Positions 60,883 through 64,000 of a stretch of 64,000 nt of DNA are shown one piece after another (the first letter of the stretch is position 1; the number at the start of each line of letters is the position of its first letter). The DNA is from Cenarchaeum sp. GTDB taxonomy: Archaea > Thermoproteota > Nitrososphaeria > Nitrososphaerales > Nitrosopumilaceae. Under the pieces are notes generated by a model that saw nothing but the letters and a program-made list of their open reading frames with translations, was not told the DNA's origin and made no database searches. The DNA lies in assembly GCA_965206845.1 (NCBI GenBank), contig OZ242221.1:1585951-1649950 (forward strand), given 5' to 3'. Both the position numbers and the translations under genes were made by a program.

Positions 60883-62159
60883 CGCGAGTGCCCGGGGTTG
60901 TACCTTAGTATGGCGCCGAATCCGCCGAGGCTTGCAAGCTTGGCGCCGTGCTCGGCCTTCCCTGAGACGATCTCCACGCGAGTACCCGTCTTTGCTGCTA
61001 GCAGCACCAGATAGTCCACGATATCCTGTTCTGACGCATGCAAGTCTGTAGACTGGCACTCCGGACACGGCGCCCCCAGAATCTCCGTCCTACGGCCGAT
61101 GAGCCGGGGCCTCTCCAAAACCTCCTCTGTTGTGTTTCCGCACCTTCTGCACTTTATCTCCAGCCTGTGCATGTCTGCATTATCTGTAGCTATGAGTGTG
61201 TCTACCACATTGTTCTTTAGCAGGCCGATCACCTCTGCCAGCCCGTAGGCGCCTAGTCTGGAGTGCGAGTTCATCTCCCGAAATAGGCTCTCGACTATCT
61301 TCCACTCCTCCATCATTCTAAAGCCTGACAGCACATCCTCGGATCTGGCAAACGCCTCACGCACGCCTTCGGCGCCAGAGTACGACGTGTCCAGCGTCGA
61401 GATTATCATGTCCTGCAGGCGGTACTCGAGGTAGCTGCCGTTGGCAAACTCCTCCTTGGTGGGACCGGGTCCTGAGATTATCAGTCCCTTGATGGGGTAT
61501 ATGTCTATGAAGAATTCACGCGTGGTGGCTGCCACCCTGTTAAAGTAGTACGTCATCTCCATCTCCCGCAGCTTCTGGAACCTCTTTGCAGACTGGCCGC
61601 CCTGTCTGTGCTTTCCTGCCACGCCGGAGCCTGTTGCGTCCAACACCTCGATCTTGTCGCCATACAACAGTCCCCATCCTGCATCCTTTGCGTCAATGGC
61701 CAGAAATCCGATCAGGTTGTCGTCCTTGAGCATATCCTTGAGTATGTCAACGTGAAAGTGATCGTCACACCGGTACAGAAACGTCTTGAGGTCCTTTGGC
61801 GGGTCGATCTCAAACGCCTTTACCGTCTCGCTGCCAATCTGGCCGCCCCCCTCCGGCCGCAGCGCGCCGCAGAATATCACCAGGCCCCGCTCTGGCGTCT
61901 TCTTGTACATCCTGAGCCGGGTGATCACCTTTCCCAGCGAATCCACGACATGCGTCCTAGTTAGATCTGACTTTATGTTGTCCGCGGTTCCCTGCTCCTC
62001 CCGCAGGCCGCTTATGATCTCGTGGAGCTGCTTGTTCTTTGGCACGTACACGCTGATGAGCTCCGTCCCGTGTCCCTGTATGCGCGACAGATAGTCCAGC
62101 ATCTTTCGTATCTTGTAGAGCTTGACCGAATCCTGCTTTGGAATGGTGATCTTTGCCAT
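60879..62159 (-). CDS. prf1: Peptide chain release factor aRF1
   Basis: GTELISVY, NIKS, YRCD and GGQS motifs; Zn ribbon CRRC...CPEC. Confidence 0.95.
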   Translation of the reverse strand: MAKITIPKQDSVKLYKIRKMLDYLSRIQGHGTELISVYVPKNKQLHEIISGLREEQGTADNIKSDLTRTHVVDSLGKVITRLRMYKKTPERGLVIFCGALRPEGGGQIGSETVKAFEIDPPKDLKTFLYRCDDHFHVDILKDMLKDDNLIGFLAIDAKDAGWGLLYGDKIEVLDATGSGVAGKHRQGGQSAKRFQKLREMEMTYYFNRVAATTREFFIDIYPIKGLIISGPGPTKEEFANGSYLEYRLQDMIISTLDTSYSGAEGVREAFARSEDVLSGFRMMEEWKIVESLFREMNSHSRLGAYGLAEVIGLLKNNVVDTLIATDNADMHRLEIKCRRCGNTTEEVLERPRLIGRRTEILGAPCPECQSTDLHASEQDIVDYLVLLAAKTGTRVEIVSGKAEHGAKLASLGGFGAILRYNPGHSR

Positions 62160-62817
62160 TGCAGTGATCCCTCGGCATGCAAATATTAAATGTAGCCAGA
62201 CGGACATCTGATTTCACGGCTCTGCCCAGAATGCGCTAGGGGAGATACGCCATCCATCCAAAAGTGATTGCGGTCTTTTGTGTGACCTGTGGTGCCGCAC
62301 GTGGGCATTTGCATACGGGTGTTTGATCCATAATTGGCCGATTCGGCGCAACCAGATGGCCGGGCAGGAGCAGCAAGATCGGATACTGCAGCTACCTGCC
62401 ATGCGCCATGTCGGCATCCAAAGAACTGGCAAACAATGCCGGGAAATTCAGGACGCTCATGGGGTGCCTTTTCTGGGGTTTGAATTTTTGCCTGCAAAGA
62501 TTGGGGGAATGCGCCACGAGGAGGAGAGAAATTGATTCTCGAAGTGATTCCGGCCAGCTGGCAGAAACAGCGCGAAAAACTTGCGTGAGTGGCGCTTGGC
62601 CTCTAGTTGCAGATCATGTCTCTGGCTTTGCGCAGAGCGTGATCCTCCGAGCATGCGACTGGGACAGCAGGTCTCGTCTTCTGCGCTCGCAGATGCGCCT
62701 GGCTTAAATTCCCATGCGTGATTCCTGCAATGCTGTCGGTACAGTGACCTGTTCTGATTCTCTAGAATCAGAATACAAACACGCCGTTTAAATAGCTCAA
62801 AAGGCATTGCGCTACAA

Positions 62818-63147
62818 TTGGTTAAACGGTTAACTCTGCCACAGCTGAAAAAGTACGATGTAACGCAGCGGGTCATAAAGATGCTAGCCGATGCCGAGTC
62901 ACGGGCGATACTCTTCTCCATAGTGAAGACGGGAAGAACCGCGGCCGAACTCTCGTACACACTGAAGATACCGCTCAGCTCGGTCTACAAAAAACTGGCA
63001 GATCTGGAAGAGATCGCACTCGTCCGCGTGGAGAAGCTGGAGATATCCGAGAATGGCAGAAAGTTCAAGGTTTACAAATCAAAGATAAGCAAGGCGGATA
63101 TCAGCATAAGGAGACCCGAGCCCAGACTTACCCTGATACCAAACTAG
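62818..63147 (+). CDS. Winged-HTH (ArsR-like) transcriptional regulator
   Basis: LADAESRAIL...IPLSSVYKKLADLE...GRKFKVYKS. Confidence 0.85.
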   Translation: MVKRLTLPQLKKYDVTQRVIKMLADAESRAILFSIVKTGRTAAELSYTLKIPLSSVYKKLADLEEIALVRVEKLEISENGRKFKVYKSKISKADISIRRPEPRLTLIPN

Positions 63148-63155
63148 GATGACAG

Positions 63156-63485
63156 ATGTCCAAGACACCGATAATCCGACTGGGCGAGTTTGATGTGACG
63201 CAGAAGATCATCGAGTCGCTAAGCAGCATATGCGCCAGGGCCGTTCTGTTCTCCATCAGGGATCAACCCAAGGACGCAACCCAGATTGCCGATGAGCTGG
63301 GGATCTCGCTGTCCACAGTCTACAAGACCCTCACCAACCTAGAGGACCTGGCGCTCATCGAGATTGACCAATTCATCATATCCGGTGAGGGAAAAAAGAT
63401 CAAGCAGTACAAAAGCCGCATCAGCAAGGTGGAGATAACCATGGACAATATGAAGCCGGTACTCAGCCTGTACCCCAACACATGA
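63156..63485 (+). CDS. Winged-HTH (ArsR-like) transcriptional regulator, paralog of the upstream gene
   Basis: FDVTQKII...ISLSTVYKTL...GKKIKQYKSRISK. Confidence 0.85.
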   Translation: MSKTPIIRLGEFDVTQKIIESLSSICARAVLFSIRDQPKDATQIADELGISLSTVYKTLTNLEDLALIEIDQFIISGEGKKIKQYKSRISKVEITMDNMKPVLSLYPNT

Positions 63486-63667
63486 GCAGCAGGCGGGGCA
63501 CTCCAAAACCGGCGCCAAAGCGGACAAGTTGCCTGCAACCCTGCAGAGTCTACTCCTCTAGGAGTTTGGAGTTAGAATGTGGAACTAGCGCCAAATTGGA
63601 GCCAACCTGTCTTGCCTTGGCACACAGTCAAATCCCAGCAGAGTCAGAGTGCGGCAGTAGCAAAAGC

Positions 63668-64000
63668 TCAGGTTACGACCTCATCAAGGCGATCCTGTTC
63701 TAGGGCGTATCTGATCTCCCGTGCAATTCTTCGCCCCATACTCATGGGCTCGTCGTACATCAGGGCAGAGTAGGGGGATCCCTGCATGAATATGTTGGTT
63801 CCCGCCACTATTCTGGCAGAGAACTCGAACGTGGTAAACCTCGCATCCTGATCGTATACCCCTTCTATGCAGAAAGGGCCGGTCATGCCGGGCCGAACCA
63901 TCCTCTTTGATGTCTTGACGAAGCGCTCTCCCATGGCATAGACCTCCTCAAGCAGCGACTCCCTGAGAACCAGCGGGCTGTTGGCAATCACGTTAAATGA
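63668..64000 (-). CDS. purP: FAICAR synthetase PurP, C-terminal part (truncated by window)
   Basis: LRESLL, GPFCIE, FEFSARIVAGTN and MSMGRRIAREI motifs. Confidence 0.9.
   Translation of the reverse strand, partial: SFNVIANSPLVLRESLLEEVYAMGERFVKTSKRMVRPGMTGPFCIEGVYDQDARFTTFEFSARIVAGTNIFMQGSPYSALMYDEPMSMGRRIAREIRYALEQDRLDEVVT

Noticed and set aside
61040-61160. Zn ribbon inside aRF1
   Set aside because: This insertion is already known in some archaeal aRF1 proteins; it is not novel.
1-64000. Numerous long antisense and alternative-frame ORFs in the track (for example 23866-25038 +, 22380-23402 -, 6123-7076 +)
   Set aside because: They are shadows of well-supported genes in GC-rich DNA and have no recognisable motifs.
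1-64000. CRISPR array, rRNA or prophage
   Set aside because: No regularly spaced direct repeats, rRNA-like sequence or viral hallmark genes were seen by eye.

Overview
This is a GC-rich archaeal chromosome segment. Its gene content (TFB, aRF1, Rpo6/K, S25e, S26e, Alba, PurP, deoxyhypusine synthase, archaeal ThrS, TIGR00300) and TATA-type promoters point to Nitrososphaerota (Thaumarchaeota), probably Nitrosopumilaceae. The high GC and decayed IS elements would fit a Cenarchaeum-like symbiont, but that is inference. Most of the window is housekeeping: the trpEGDCBA operon, pyrG, purK, purP, ilvD, nadE, cysS, thrS, birA, a thiolase/DUF35 pair and tRNA-Phe(GAA). Accessory material includes two decayed IS481-family transposases, a DprA pseudogene, a lower-GC Amt-like membrane-protein patch, a secreted Cache-Cache-solute-binding fusion and a dCache-HAMP-adenylate cyclase. 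The most striking unexplained signal is a ~310-nt intergenic region (13181-13497) that folds by eye into a closed multi-helix RNA. It lacks the tRNA, SRP and RNase P hallmarks and lies between a divergent 30-aa membrane peptide and a downstream unknown protein. All calls come from reading the sequence and ORF track; no searches were run.
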